Origin: Candidatus Cloacimonadales bacterium
GTDB taxonomy: Bacteria; Cloacimonadota; Cloacimonadia; Cloacimonadales; JAIOQZ01
DNA: 64,000 nt
Direction: 5' to 3'
NCBI GenBank assembly: GCA_963665815.1
Contig: OY762463.1
Location: 3,136,001 to 3,200,000 of the forward strand
The notes under the pieces are model-generated. The model searched no databases, was not told the origin of the DNA, and was given only the letters and a program-made list of their open reading frames with translations. Positions 1 to 10,708 of this stretch are shown here, in pieces. The position numbers were made by a program, and so were the translations under genes. The number at the start of each line of letters is the position of its first letter. Positions within the stretch are counted from its first letter, which is position 1.

Positions 1-3000
1 GGTTGTCCTGAGTTACTACGACATTAGTTTGTGTATTATTATCGTAGTTTGTAAGAGTTGCTGTAACCGTGTATGTATCAGCAGGAACATTGAGGAATTG
101 ATAGAACCCATTATTACCTGTATATTGTACAGTCTGAAGTTCTTCAATCAGTACTTGAGCGTTAAACAGTGGGTTTCCATTGATATCACGTACATAACCT
201 TGAATACCAGTTTGTGATGGCTGAACATCAACAGGAAGTGGAGCTGAATTATCGTTTCCTGCACTCTCATCACCTGCCATTACAACTTTACCGAAGATAT
301 TCTGATTTCCTTCCATTCCATCCTGTGGAATCCAGGTAATTACATAATCATTAATCTGATCGTTTGCAATTGTAGTTCCTGCAACAGTTCCTAATTCTGT
401 ATCAGGTGCAAGCATGAGTTTTACATCGAATGTATTCTGTGTATTGAGTCCATTGTTTCTAACTGAGATAGTGTAATCTGATGGAGAACCAACCATAGGT
501 GTTGTTGATCCGATAACAGAAATAGCCATAAGATCATCATTCGGTGGTGTAGTAATATTAATTCCAACATCATCAACATAGCAGTTAGGTCCATAACCTG
601 AAACACCATGGAATTTCAAGTAGATTGTCTGTCCGCTGAATGCATTGATATTAACAGTTTCCTGTATAAAAGTTCCCGGAGCTGTACTTTGAGCACCATC
701 CTGTGAATCGAATTGATCACCTGCTCTGGTCCATACGTTTGTCCAGTTGTTTGCATCAGTAGAAACAAAAACAGTCAGTGCATCATTTGGGTATGTAGCA
801 TTATAAAGGTGAGACCACTTGAATACCAGATCAGCATCACCGGTCAAAGCGATTGGTGGAGACATCATGACAGCGTCATTAGGTTCTTGCCAGCCCCAGT
901 AATTACAAAATGCACTGGAAGATCCTGTATCTTGTGCCCAGCTTTGAGTTCCCCCTGTAAGAATCCAGTTCTGTGGCGGCCATATATCGAAGTTTTCTGT
1001 ATATGGGAACATTGTAACTGTAGGATCGGAACGTACAGTGAAAGACCATTCAGGACATCCTGTTGTGCTTCCCATGGCGTTTCTAGGCACGACTTTCCAG
1101 TAGTAAGTAGCATTATATGTTAGAGCTGAGAATTGGTATGATTCTGTTGTTACAACAAGTCCATCTTCTATATCATAGTTTCCTGTTGCTGTACCAAAAT
1201 AAAGCAGATAGTCATCTGCACCCATTGCCGGGTTCCATGTAAGCTGTCCTGATTCAAGGACATTTGTCTGCATGAAAGTTGGTGAGAGAACAGTTGTACA
1301 TGATGGAGCCACTCCGGCTTCAAACACATTCAAGTCGTCCATATAAAGAGCAGCATTAGCCCAGCTTGTACCAATGCGAGATCTGATTCTGAGTTTGTAA
1401 GCAGATGCTATATTGTATCCTGAGAGATCAATATTTACATTGAACCAACCTTCGGTATCTGTACTATCTACAAATATATCGTTATTCCAGACATTATTTT
1501 CCATAATATCTATATGGATTTCCTTTGCAATAGTCTGATCAGTAACACTCCAACCAAAGAATCCAAACCAACCATCAAAGTAAACTTGATTTCCTGCTGA
1601 ATATGGAGCCATTGTGACAACTGCTGAGTTTTCAGATGTAGAACCCCAGGTGTTGTGTCCAAGTCTTGCACTGTACATTCCACCGTGGAATTGTTCAGAT
1701 GTGACTTCACAAATACCTGTTTCAGATAACTCAGGATACCAGGCATCACCGATCATTACCGACTCCCATCCTTCGAAGAAGTTAAGATTCTGAGTAGGAT
1801 CTATAGCTGTATCGAATGTCCATTCTGGACAGGTGGTAGCTTGACCATTTACATTCTCCGGAACTACTTTCCAGAAATATTGTTGGTCAAAGGATAATCC
1901 TGTATATTCATAAGAAGTTTCGGTTAACTGCATTCCATTGATAATGTTATAATTACCTGTTGCTGTGCCGAGATATAAATTATAGTATTCAGCTCCAAGC
2001 GCAGGCATCCATTCTAACACACCATAGTCATATACAGCCTGAGCAGTATCCAATGGTTCAACAGGTGTTGTACATGGTGGAATAGCGCTGTTTTCGTATA
2101 CGTTAATATCATCAATCCAGACATTACTGCTCCATGAATCGGCAGTATTGATAGTTCTGAATCTTATTTTAGTCAAATTTGAAGTATTATAAGGATTTAA
2201 ACTGATGCTTTGATTATACCAGTTTTCATTCTGGGACTGAATAGTCCAGACATCATTGTTCCATGCACCATCTGCAAAAATATCAACTGCAATTGTCATG
2301 CGCATTGCGTTATCATTAACATTTCCACCTGAGAAAGCATACCAGAAATCAAGCAGTACTTCTGAAGTACCTGTATACGGTGCAATAGTAAGAATTGCTG
2401 AGTTTTCTACAGGAATACCCCAGTTTACACCTGTTGTATGTAAAGAGTATGATCCACCATGGAAGTTTTCCATACTTGCTTCTATCACAGATTGTGGATC
2501 TGAAGTTGTTCTCCAGAAAGATTGAATTGCTCCGGATTCCCAGTCTTCATTAAAACTGATTGTCTGTGCAGGATCTGCAACTGTAGTGAAAGTCCACTCT
2601 GCACACAAAGTTGCCTGTCCATTGTTATTTTGAGGGACAATTTTCCAATAATATGACGTTGAATATTGAAGTCCTGAGTAATCATAATGTGTATCTGTAA
2701 GTACCATTCCATTTATAACATCATAAGTGTCCTGAGCAGTACCAAGATAAAGCAGATAAGAACTTGCAGCTTGTGTAAGAGTCCACTCCAATGTACCATA
2801 ATCCCATTCGGTTGTACTCATATCCAACGGCTGAACAAGAGCTGCACATGCAGGGGCTGCTGAGCTCTCGTATACAGTAAGATCATCAATCCAGACATTA
2901 CTGTCCCATGTGGATCCTGTATTTGTCATGTTCAATCTTACTTTATATCCATTTGTCAAGTCGTATGAGGATAAGTTAATAGAACACAGATACCACATTT

Positions 3001-5113
3001 CATCAGAAGATTGATCGTTCCAGACATCATAGTTCCATTGTCCTCCTGCGTATATGTCTACTGACATTTCCATAGGGTATGCCGTATTTTGGACATTTCC
3101 ACCGGTAAATGCATACCAGAAATCTAATACAACATCAGTTGTTCCTGTGTACGGAGCAAGAGATAAAGTTGCCTGATCAACTGTAACATTCTGCCAGTTC
3201 ATACCTGTAGAATGAAGTGCATATGATCCTCCGTGGAAGTTATCCATACTAACGTCAACTGTAGAGAGATCAGTAGTCGAAATTTGCCAGTGGGCAGGTA
3301 TCATAGCTGTTTCCCAGTCCTGTGTATAATCAAGTGGCTGAGATGGATCTATTATAGTTGTAAATGAGTAAACCGGACAGTTTGAAGCTGATCCGTATTG
3401 ATTTACAGGAACAACTTTCCAGTAATATGTTGTTGAGTATTGGAGACCATAGTATTCGAATCTGCTTTCAGTTGTATTAACTCCGTCAAACACATCCCAT
3501 GTCCCATCAGCTGTGCCCATGTATATATTGTAGCTGTCTGCTCCAAGTACTTGATTAAATACTAACATTCCTGTATCCCACTGGTCAATGCTCATGTCAG
3601 CAGGATTAAGGTAAGTTGTACATCCGGGAGGATTCTGTCCGTCGAAAACTGTTACAGCATCAACATATAAGTTTGGACCATAACCTGAATTACCTCTGAA
3701 ACGAATAACAATATTTTGTCCTGCATAAGATTGCAGTGAAACTGTTTCTGTTACAAAGGATCCTGGTGCCATACTCTGAGCTCCATCCTGAGAATCGAGT
3801 TGGTCACCACCCTCAGCCCATATTGACTGCCATGGACCGTTATCAGCTGAGACTTCAATTACAAGTGAGTCTTCAGGATAAGCTGAGTTATAAAGATGTG
3901 ACCACATGAATCCGAGTGAGTAATCTGATCCTGCTGGTATGGCAAGCGGAGGTGTTGTCATTTCTGCATAATTTGGAACTGGCCAACCCCAGAAATTACA
4001 AAATGCTGAACTTGTTTCTGTATGTTGTGCCCAATTTTGTGTTCCTGCGTGAATCCAGTCAACAGGAGGCCATACATCAAAGTTTTCAGTCCATGGAAAT
4101 GTGGTAACAGCTCCAACTGAAGTTCTGAACGACCATGTACCACCATCCGTGGTCAATCTTGTAGTTGAGTTATGAAGGACAAGTTTCCATTCGTAGTTTG
4201 TGGAAAGATTAAGCCCTGAATATGTATATGAGCCTGTTGTTCCTGTAGCACCAGCTGCTGCTCCGGTAACAACTTCAGTCATGTTTCCTGCAGGTCCAAA
4301 CCAGAGGTCGTATGTTTCAGTGTCAGCTCCGAATTCCCAGGTAAGAGTTCCATTAACAGGGACATTAACAGCTCCGTTTACAGGCACAGGATTCTGTGCA
4401 AACTCAGGATAACCTGCTTCTACAGTATAGAAGCTGATTGCCATTTGCTGAGAAAGGTTTGTAAGATCATCAAAACAGTACTGAAGTCCAATTGAACCAT
4501 CTGAGTTTTCAATACCAATTGTTCCATCATTAGTTTCAAGTGAAGGATCAACTGTTTCGTATTGAATAACAATATCACCATTAGCTTTTAAAATTATTTG
4601 TGCATCAAGATATCCCGGATCTTCGCCTGGATACTCGTGATAGTTTAAAAAGGTCACCAGAAGAGCATTTGCTCCATCATATGTGATATTTTCATAATAC
4701 ACTATTGCATTGTTGGCAGGGGTCTGCGTACTGACAGGATCCATATCTCTCCAGTACCATGCAATCATATCGTTTGGCTGATTAACATCCGGGATTGCTA
4801 CGTTGGTAAGATTGCTTGTGTCTCCTGAGAAAGACAGAAAGCCGTTTGAACTGATATAGAAATCAGTTTTGGTTTGTCCGTAGAAATTAAAATTGAAACC
4901 TATTGGATAAGGTCCAACAATATTATCGTCTACTTGCCCTCCAATAAGTGTAGCATTAACTGTATCCGGTTGAATCCAACTGTAGGTTGGACCAGTCGCA
5001 TCATTACTGTTTTTCCATGAATATCCGTATGCATCGGGTCCCCCGGAAGTTTGCGCATACATGAATAGAAAGGAAAAAACAAATAAAACTAATAATACTT
5101 GCTTTTTAAACAT
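1..5113 (-). CDS. Large secreted multidomain surface protein (>1704 aa, 3' end outside window): signal peptide, NIDO-like domain, alternating FN3-like and MAM/cleaved-adhesin-like modules, CARDB-like and carboxypeptidase-regulatory-like Ig domains
   Basis: Not in the ORF track because it has no stop in the window. Translated by hand from ATG at 5113 (SD AAGGAG upstream): MFKKQVLLVLFVFSFLFMYAQTSGGPDAYGYSW..., still in frame at the edge (...TQTNVVVTQDN). Repeated YYWK[VI]VP FN3-like motifs, FP[WY]TENFDxWPP and WIDD motifs, G(Y)VRDINGNPL..AQV carboxypeptidase-regulatory motif. Confidence 0.9.
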   Translation of the reverse strand, partial: MFKKQVLLVLFVFSFLFMYAQTSGGPDAYGYSWKNSNDATGPTYSWIQPDTVNATLIGGQVDDNIVGPYPIGFNFNFYGQTKTDFYISSNGFLSFSGDTSNLTNVAIPDVNQPNDMIAWYWRDMDPVSTQTPANNAIVYYENITYDGANALLVTFLNYHEYPGEDPGYLDAQIILKANGDIVIQYETVDPSLETNDGTIGIENSDGSIGLQYCFDDLTNLSQQMAISFYTVEAGYPEFAQNPVPVNGAVNVPVNGTLTWEFGADTETYDLWFGPAGNMTEVVTGAAAGATGTTGSYTYSGLNLSTNYEWKLVLHNSTTRLTTDGGTWSFRTSVGAVTTFPWTENFDVWPPVDWIHAGTQNWAQHTETSSAFCNFWGWPVPNYAEMTTPPLAIPAGSDYSLGFMWSHLYNSAYPEDSLVIEVSADNGPWQSIWAEGGDQLDSQDGAQSMAPGSFVTETVSLQSYAGQNIVIRFRGNSGYGPNLYVDAVTVFDGQNPPGCTTYLNPADMSIDQWDTGMLVFNQVLGADSYNIYMGTADGTWDVFDGVNTTESRFEYYGLQYSTTYYWKVVPVNQYGSASNCPVYSFTTIIDPSQPLDYTQDWETAMIPAHWQISTTDLSTVDVSMDNFHGGSYALHSTGMNWQNVTVDQATLSLAPYTGTTDVVLDFWYAFTGGNVQNTAYPMEMSVDIYAGGQWNYDVWNDQSSDEMWYLCSINLSSYDLTNGYKVRLNMTNTGSTWDSNVWIDDLTVYESSAAPACAALVQPLDMSTTEWDYGTLEWTLTQAASSYLLYLGTAQDTYDVINGMVLTDTHYDYSGLQYSTSYYWKIVPQNNNGQATLCAEWTFTTVADPAQTISFNEDWESGAIQSFWRTTSDPQSVIEASMENFHGGSYSLHTTGVNWGIPVENSAILTIAPYTGTSEVLLDFWYAFSGGNVNDNAMRMTIAVDIFADGAWNNDVWTIQSQNENWYNQSISLNPYNTSNLTKIRFRTINTADSWSSNVWIDDINVYENSAIPPCTTPVEPLDTAQAVYDYGVLEWMPALGAEYYNLYLGTATGNYNIINGMQLTETSYEYTGLSFDQQYFWKVVPENVNGQATTCPEWTFDTAIDPTQNLNFFEGWESVMIGDAWYPELSETGICEVTSEQFHGGMYSARLGHNTWGSTSENSAVVTMAPYSAGNQVYFDGWFGFFGWSVTDQTIAKEIHIDIMENNVWNNDIFVDSTDTEGWFNVNIDLSGYNIASAYKLRIRSRIGTSWANAALYMDDLNVFEAGVAPSCTTVLSPTFMQTNVLESGQLTWNPAMGADDYLLYFGTATGNYDIEDGLVVTTESYQFSALTYNATYYWKVVPRNAMGSTTGCPEWSFTVRSDPTVTMFPYTENFDIWPPQNWILTGGTQSWAQDTGSSSAFCNYWGWQEPNDAVMMSPPIALTGDADLVFKWSHLYNATYPNDALTVFVSTDANNWTNVWTRAGDQFDSQDGAQSTAPGTFIQETVNINAFSGQTIYLKFHGVSGYGPNCYVDDVGINITTPPNDDLMAISVIGSTTPMVGSPSDYTISVRNNGLNTQNTFDVKLMLAPDTELGTVAGTTIANDQINDYVITWIPQDGMEGNQNIFGKVVMAGDESAGNDNSAPLPVDVQPSQTGIQGYVRDINGNPLFNAQVLIEELQTVQYTGNNGFYQFLNVPADTYTVTATLTNYDNNTQTNVVVTQDN

Positions 5114-5153
5114 AATTTCTCCTTTTTCGCTTCTATACTTACTAGTTGTAATT

Positions 5154-5189
5154 TTGACAATTTAATATCGATAAAATAATATTAGTCAA
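5154..5189. promoter_or_regulatory. Inverted TTGAC...GTCAA pair, possibly overlapping sigma70-type promoters; the minus-strand one points at the surface-protein gene
   Basis: TTGACA-N17-TAATAT on + (5154-5182); TTGACT on - (5189-5184). Confidence 0.3.
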
Positions 5190-5491
5190 CATATTTTTAT
5201 ATATTTTATACCGTAAATTAAAGACAACGTCAAAATTTTTTAATGATTATGAATTCATTTTCTGTGCAGAGACTCATTTAACAGATGTAAATTCACAGGT
5301 TTGTAGTTGTTTATGTTAACTAATAGTAGATTGTTTGTATCCATAAAAAGTGTTTGATTGACAGCTTTAAGTTATTGGTACTCTCTTTATTGTTTGTAGA
5401 TTTGATACAGCAATGAATAGGATAGTATATCACTGATATTTGCAATAATTTTTCTTGACTCATTATTGAACAGTATATTTTTTGCTTCAAC

Positions 5492-5579
5492 GCTGAAGTG
5501 GTGGAATTGGTAGACACGCTAGGTTCAGGGTCTAGTGAGCAATACGCTCGTGGGGGTTCGAGTCCCCCCTTCAGCACCA
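5492..5579 (+). tRNA. tRNA-Leu (anticodon CAG), type II, CCA encoded
   Basis: GCTGAAG/CTTCAGC acceptor stem, D-loop GGAATTGGTAGAC, anticodon arm CTAGG-TTCAGGG-TCTAG, long variable arm, GTTCGAGTC T-loop, ACCA end. Confidence 0.97.
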
Positions 5580-5594
5580 ATTAATGGTGTCCAC

Positions 5595-6143
5595 ATGCAA
5601 TACAATAAAAACTCTCTCCGCTTTCTTGACTCTCCTGACAGACTGAAGTATCTGGCTTTCCTTACAGCTTTTACAGTCATTCTGCATATACTTGAAACAT
5701 TTATTCCCAAACCTGTACCCTTTTTGAGATTTGGACTTGCAAATATTATTGTTCTAATGCTTGTTGTTTGTCGTTATTTTAAAGAAGCTGTTGCTGTTGC
5801 TGTCCTGAAAACAATAACCGGCGGTTTGTTCACAGGTATGCTACTTACACCGGGAACTCTCATAGGATTGAGTGGATCAGCGCTTTCGATATCTGTCATG
5901 TCTTCATTGATATATTTCAAAGTTCCATTCAGTATAATTGGATTGAGTATAAGCGGTGCAGTAGCTCATAATTTCGGGCAAATTCTTGTATTAATGTTTA
6001 TAATGCAGGAATCAGGTATAATTTATTTGACTCCATTGCTTATTGTTATAGGAATTGTCAGTGGGGCAGTAATCGGTTATATTGCCCATGTTTTTCTGAT
6101 TGAAATAGAGAAAAGAATTCAACTTAAAAAAGTTGAAGAGTAA
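5595..6143 (+). CDS. Gx transporter family / heptaprenyl diphosphate synthase component I-like membrane protein
   Basis: ETFIPKPVPFLRFGLANI and SISGAVAHNFGQ motifs, hydrophobic. Start moved to ATG 5595 because the track start overlaps the tRNA. Confidence 0.8.
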   Translation: MQYNKNSLRFLDSPDRLKYLAFLTAFTVILHILETFIPKPVPFLRFGLANIIVLMLVVCRYFKEAVAVAVLKTITGGLFTGMLLTPGTLIGLSGSALSISVMSSLIYFKVPFSIIGLSISGAVAHNFGQILVLMFIMQESGIIYLTPLLIVIGIVSGAVIGYIAHVFLIEIEKRIQLKKVEE

Positions 6144-6153
6144 AAGGTATAAT

Positions 6154-8367
6154 ATGAAAGTTGTAGTATATAAGAAATATGTTTATAGATTGTTAGCTGC
6201 TTTTTTTCTGATATGTCTTTTCGGAGCATCAGCTGTTGCGGGAATTTTTTACTCATTTAAGGATGAGCTTCCTCCATTGAGTGAACTGAAAAATTATGAT
6301 ATGAAGACAGGCTCGGAAGTCTATGATATAAACAATAATCTCATTCACACTTTTGCTGTAGAGAAAAGACAGCTTGTTAAACTCAGTGAGATTCCCCAAT
6401 ATGCAATTGATGCTCTTATGGCAACTGAAGATAAAGACTTTCGTAAACACTGGGGTGTTGATCTTAGAGCTAATCTCAGAGCAGTTCTGGTTGATATTTT
6501 AAGAGGATCTCTGGATCAGGGAGCTAGTACAATTACTCAGCAACTATCAAGAAATATGTTTCTAGGGTATGAAAAGCAAATTTCAAGGAAAATAAAAGAA
6601 ATAATACTTTCGGTACAAATAGAAAGAATGTACTCAAAGGATGAAATTCTGGAGATGTACTTCAATAAGGTTCCTTTCGGTCCGGGTATATACGGTATTG
6701 CTACAGCAAGCAGGATTTACTTTAACAAAACTCCTATGGAACTTACAATTGCCGAGGCAGCTTTAATAGTTGGAATTACACAGTATCCCTCAGGACATTA
6801 CCCTAAAAGGTATCCTGAAAATGCTATTAGAAGAAGAAATATTGTATTAAGAAGGATGTTTCTGGAAAATAAGATAACTAAAGAACAATACGAAAAAGCT
6901 AAAAATGAAGAGCTTGTATTGTATGAACACAGAGAGAAAAGAGCTGCTGACGACTATTTCGTAGAGCACATCAGAAGACCTTTGGAAAAAAAATACGGTA
7001 CAACAAGATTGTTTACCGGAGGATTAAAGATCTATACAACATTGGATATTGATCTTCAGCAATACTCGGATTCTGTATTGAATGAGCATTTAACAGCATT
7101 CGAAGAAAAGAATGACTTTGAGTTTAAATATTCTGATTTTCCTGCAGACACACTTGACATTGTTACTCCATATGTACAGGGAGCTGTGCTGGTAATGGAT
7201 GCTGAAACAGGTTATATTTATACTATGATTGGTGGACGTTCCTTCAATCACAGTAAATATAATCGAATGACTCAGGCTAAGAGACAGCCGGGCTCAGCAT
7301 TTAAGCCTATATTATATTCTTCAGCATTGGAGAATGGTTATACTCTGGCTACAGTGATTAAGGATGAGCCTATAGTTTTTCTGGAAGCTGATACATTATT
7401 TTACAAACCAAACAACTATTCCAGAGCTTTCTACGGGTATACCAGAATGAGAGATGCTCTTAAGAACTCCAGAAATATTTATGCTATTAAGATGATAACA
7501 GATTTAGGACCGAGGAAAGTTTCACGTCTGGCAAAACGTTTTGGCTTAACAACCAGAATTGCTCCGATCTATTCTCTTGCAATAGGTACCGAAGTAGTTC
7601 GCCCAATAGAACTGATCAGTGGATATTCCACATTCCCGAACGGTGGGGAAAGGGTAAATCCTGTCTTTATTCGAAGAATAGAGGATATGGACGGTAAAAT
7701 TCTTGAGCAGGCAGCACCTGAGAGAATCAGAGTAATCGATGAGAAGGTTGCTTATCTGATGCTGACTCAGATGAAATCAGTGGTTGAAGAAGGTACGGCA
7801 CAGGGAATAAGATGGCGCGGATACAGGTGGCCGGCGGCAGGTAAAACCGGTACAACGGATGATTTTCGTGATGCCTGGTTTATTGGTTATAATAAAAGAT
7901 ATATCTGTGGAATCTGGGTTGGATTTGATGATAATACACCTCTTGGAAAGAAGAACTCAGGAGCAACTGCAGCTCTTCCTCCATGGCCATATATAATGAG
8001 AAAGAAACTTGAGATGGATGCTCCTTTGAACAGTAGAGGAAAACCTATAATAGATAGTTCCGAGCTGGAATTTCAAAAGCCCAATGGGATTATTCAAGTG
8101 GAAATATCTAAGAAAACCGGATTTCTTCCTCAGAGTGAGCATGACGACACAATTATGGAATATTTCATTGCCGGAACGGAACCAAATCCACTTTCCGACA
8201 GTCTGGCATATAACTTCTATCCGACAATGTACAGAGAGAATGATAAAGATACTCTGATCTTTGATCTTGGTGGTGTTTTGCCGGATTCCATTCTGGCAGA
8301 TACTCTCAGACTTGATTCTTTACTCTTTAAATATGATAGCTTAAACGTTAAGATTATAGAATTGTAA
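6154..8367 (+). CDS. mrcA: Class A penicillin-binding protein (PBP1A family)
   Basis: Transglycosylase motifs EDKDFRKHWG, GASTITQQL, RKIKE; transpeptidase SAFK, SRN, KTGT; N-terminal TM helix. Confidence 0.92.
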   Translation: MKVVVYKKYVYRLLAAFFLICLFGASAVAGIFYSFKDELPPLSELKNYDMKTGSEVYDINNNLIHTFAVEKRQLVKLSEIPQYAIDALMATEDKDFRKHWGVDLRANLRAVLVDILRGSLDQGASTITQQLSRNMFLGYEKQISRKIKEIILSVQIERMYSKDEILEMYFNKVPFGPGIYGIATASRIYFNKTPMELTIAEAALIVGITQYPSGHYPKRYPENAIRRRNIVLRRMFLENKITKEQYEKAKNEELVLYEHREKRAADDYFVEHIRRPLEKKYGTTRLFTGGLKIYTTLDIDLQQYSDSVLNEHLTAFEEKNDFEFKYSDFPADTLDIVTPYVQGAVLVMDAETGYIYTMIGGRSFNHSKYNRMTQAKRQPGSAFKPILYSSALENGYTLATVIKDEPIVFLEADTLFYKPNNYSRAFYGYTRMRDALKNSRNIYAIKMITDLGPRKVSRLAKRFGLTTRIAPIYSLAIGTEVVRPIELISGYSTFPNGGERVNPVFIRRIEDMDGKILEQAAPERIRVIDEKVAYLMLTQMKSVVEEGTAQGIRWRGYRWPAAGKTGTTDDFRDAWFIGYNKRYICGIWVGFDDNTPLGKKNSGATAALPPWPYIMRKKLEMDAPLNSRGKPIIDSSELEFQKPNGIIQVEISKKTGFLPQSEHDDTIMEYFIAGTEPNPLSDSLAYNFYPTMYRENDKDTLIFDLGGVLPDSILADTLRLDSLLFKYDSLNVKIIEL

Positions 8368-8368
8368 G

Positions 8369-9484
8369 ATGACAATACTGATTATAATCTACGCTGTTTC
8401 AGCACTTCTATATCTGTACTATAATTTCATTTTTCTGAAAGGGCTTGATAAAGAACAGGACATAAGTCTGACATCAAAACCTTTCGTGTCAGTAGTGGTT
8501 GCTGCGAGAAATGAAGAAAAGCGACTACCTTATCTGCTCACAAGTCTGATAAATCAATCATATCCTGCTGCCATGTTTGAAGTTATTGTTGCTAATGATT
8601 CCTCAGATGATGATACTGCCGGGGTTGTCAGGAAATTTGCTGAAAAATGGAATAATATAAAATTAGTGAATGTAACAGGAAGAGAGAATGTCAGGTCTCC
8701 CAAAAAAAATGCGCTGGGTCAGGCTATTGCTGCAGCAAAAGGCGAGATAATACTTTCTACTGATGCTGACTGTATCACAGGTATTCACTGGATATCTTCC
8801 ATGGTTGCTTCTTATGATGATGATACCGCAATGGTTGCCGGATATTCTTCCACAGATCCCGGAAAATGGAAGAAAATTTCCTTTATCAGGAAATTTGAAC
8901 ATGTTGATTCACATATAATTTTTGCTGCTGCTGCCGGAGCTTTGAATAATGCCAAATATTTTTCCTGTTCCGGTCAGAACATATCATATCGAAAAAGTGC
9001 TTTTGAGGCAGTTGGTGGTTTCGAATCCATTAAACATATTTTATCTGGAGATGACATTAATCTTATGCAGCTTATTCGCCGAACCGGTAAGAAAATAAGA
9101 TTTTGTATGAATTATCACAGTTTTGTGAAGACCAGACCTATTGACAGCCTCGGAGCATTTCTCAATCAACGAGCCAGATGGGCATCAAATACATCCTGGC
9201 AGATTATCCTTAATCCTGAATTCTTTGTTTATCTGCTTGGAACATTTATTACAAATATAGGTCTGATACCAATGTTTTTTGTAAATACATGGATTGCCTC
9301 AGCTGTTTTTACCGCAAAGTTGATCTCTGATTTCGTTTTTTTTAGAGTTTCATTTATGAAGTTTAATATAGACAAAGAAAAAATGGTGTTTTTCCCAATC
9401 TGGTTTATCTGTTATCCGTTTTATGTGTTTGCTTCAGCGATTTCAGGTATGGCAGGTTTATTTTCCTGGCACGGAAGAAAATAG
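8369..9484 (+). CDS. GT2 family membrane glycosyltransferase
   Basis: VSVVVAARNEE, DADC, SGDD, QRARW; terminal TM helices. Confidence 0.88.
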   Translation: MTILIIIYAVSALLYLYYNFIFLKGLDKEQDISLTSKPFVSVVVAARNEEKRLPYLLTSLINQSYPAAMFEVIVANDSSDDDTAGVVRKFAEKWNNIKLVNVTGRENVRSPKKNALGQAIAAAKGEIILSTDADCITGIHWISSMVASYDDDTAMVAGYSSTDPGKWKKISFIRKFEHVDSHIIFAAAAGALNNAKYFSCSGQNISYRKSAFEAVGGFESIKHILSGDDINLMQLIRRTGKKIRFCMNYHSFVKTRPIDSLGAFLNQRARWASNTSWQIILNPEFFVYLLGTFITNIGLIPMFFVNTWIASAVFTAKLISDFVFFRVSFMKFNIDKEKMVFFPIWFICYPFYVFASAISGMAGLFSWHGRK

Positions 9485-9493
9485 GAGTATATT

Positions 9494-10708
9494 ATGAATT
9501 ACATAATTTTTGATGATGCGGAACGAAGCAATTTCTTTCCATTAACATTAAACAGATCAACTGGTGATCTAAGGGTTGGGATTCTGAAACTGCGTCAAAG
9601 GCTGTTTACTGATTTTGATATGGATGATATGAATATTCTTATTCATTCTGATCTCAAGGATATATACGAAGAACGTCATCCGGAATGGAATATCAATGAG
9701 TTTCATGGGGATGATTATATATTCATTAACTCAAGATTGAAAATTAATCCTGAACTTGTTGATAGAATAAAAAAACTTGGTTCAGGAACTGGTTTTAAAT
9801 CAGATAACAGCATTGCAGCCTTCAGAATGAACTTCGAAGATGGAGAAGTGAGTTCAGAAAATTTTGAGCCAAATAGTATTGATTGGTATGATCTTAACAG
9901 TACAGATCCTTGTTTCTGGAATAATGTTTCTGATTTCATCAAAGAGAATGCAGAATATATAGACAGGGATTTCAGAGCTTATTTTTATGAAAAGGATAAC
10001 TATTTTGAAACAGAGATGGGTGTGATGGTGCTTAATCCATATAACATCTGGCTTGGTGAAGGATGCCGTATACAACCGGGAGTAGTGATTGATGCTACTG
10101 AAGGTCCTGTTGTGATTGATGAAGATGCAATGATTATGGCTAACTCTGTGATTATTGGACCTGTATACATTGGCAAAAAAACAAAAATCAAAGCAATGGC
10201 AAAGATTTATGAAGGAACTACAATAGGTCCTGTCTGTAAGATTGGGGGAGAAGTTGAAGAATCAATCATTCATGGATATTCTAATAAACAGCATGATGGA
10301 TTTCTTGGGCATGCTTATCTTGGTGAATGGGTGAATCTCGGAGCTGATACTAATAACAGTGATTTGAAGAATAATTACGGAAATGTGAAGATATATAATT
10401 ACCGTACAGAATCGATGATAGATTCGGGAACTCAGTTTATGGGGTCAATAATTGGTGATCATACGAAAATTGGAATTAACTGCTCATTGAATACAGGTGT
10501 TGTTATTGGTATGGGTTGTAACCTGTATGGTAGAGATTTGATAACCGGATTCATCCCTGATTTTAGTTGGGGAGAAACGGGCAGGCTTACGGATTACCGT
10601 CTTGATAAGTTTTTTGATACAGCCGCAATTGTCAAGCAGAGAAGAAAGCTTGAGTTTTCGGAAACAGAAAAAGTACTTTACAACAAATTAGTAAAAAAAG
10701 GATTATGA
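9494..10708 (+). CDS. GlmU-like sugar nucleotidyltransferase/acetyltransferase (FCB-type)
   Basis: FFPLTLNR..DLRVGI N-terminus, hexapeptide repeats, NKQHDGFLGHAYLGEWVNLGADTNNSDLKN. Confidence 0.85.
   Translation: MNYIIFDDAERSNFFPLTLNRSTGDLRVGILKLRQRLFTDFDMDDMNILIHSDLKDIYEERHPEWNINEFHGDDYIFINSRLKINPELVDRIKKLGSGTGFKSDNSIAAFRMNFEDGEVSSENFEPNSIDWYDLNSTDPCFWNNVSDFIKENAEYIDRDFRAYFYEKDNYFETEMGVMVLNPYNIWLGEGCRIQPGVVIDATEGPVVIDEDAMIMANSVIIGPVYIGKKTKIKAMAKIYEGTTIGPVCKIGGEVEESIIHGYSNKQHDGFLGHAYLGEWVNLGADTNNSDLKNNYGNVKIYNYRTESMIDSGTQFMGSIIGDHTKIGINCSLNTGVVIGMGCNLYGRDLITGFIPDFSWGETGRLTDYRLDKFFDTAAIVKQRRKLEFSETEKVLYNKLVKKGL

Noticed and set aside
29-4412. Short track ORFs on both strands
   Set aside because: Shadows of the single long minus-strand ORF starting at 5113
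5492-5579. tRNA-Leu as an island integration site
   Set aside because: No integrase or duplicated 3' end seen; housekeeping genes follow directly
5320-5710. Minus-strand ORFs and the 5535 start overlapping the tRNA
   Set aside because: They translate through tRNA-Leu; the real CDS starts at 5595
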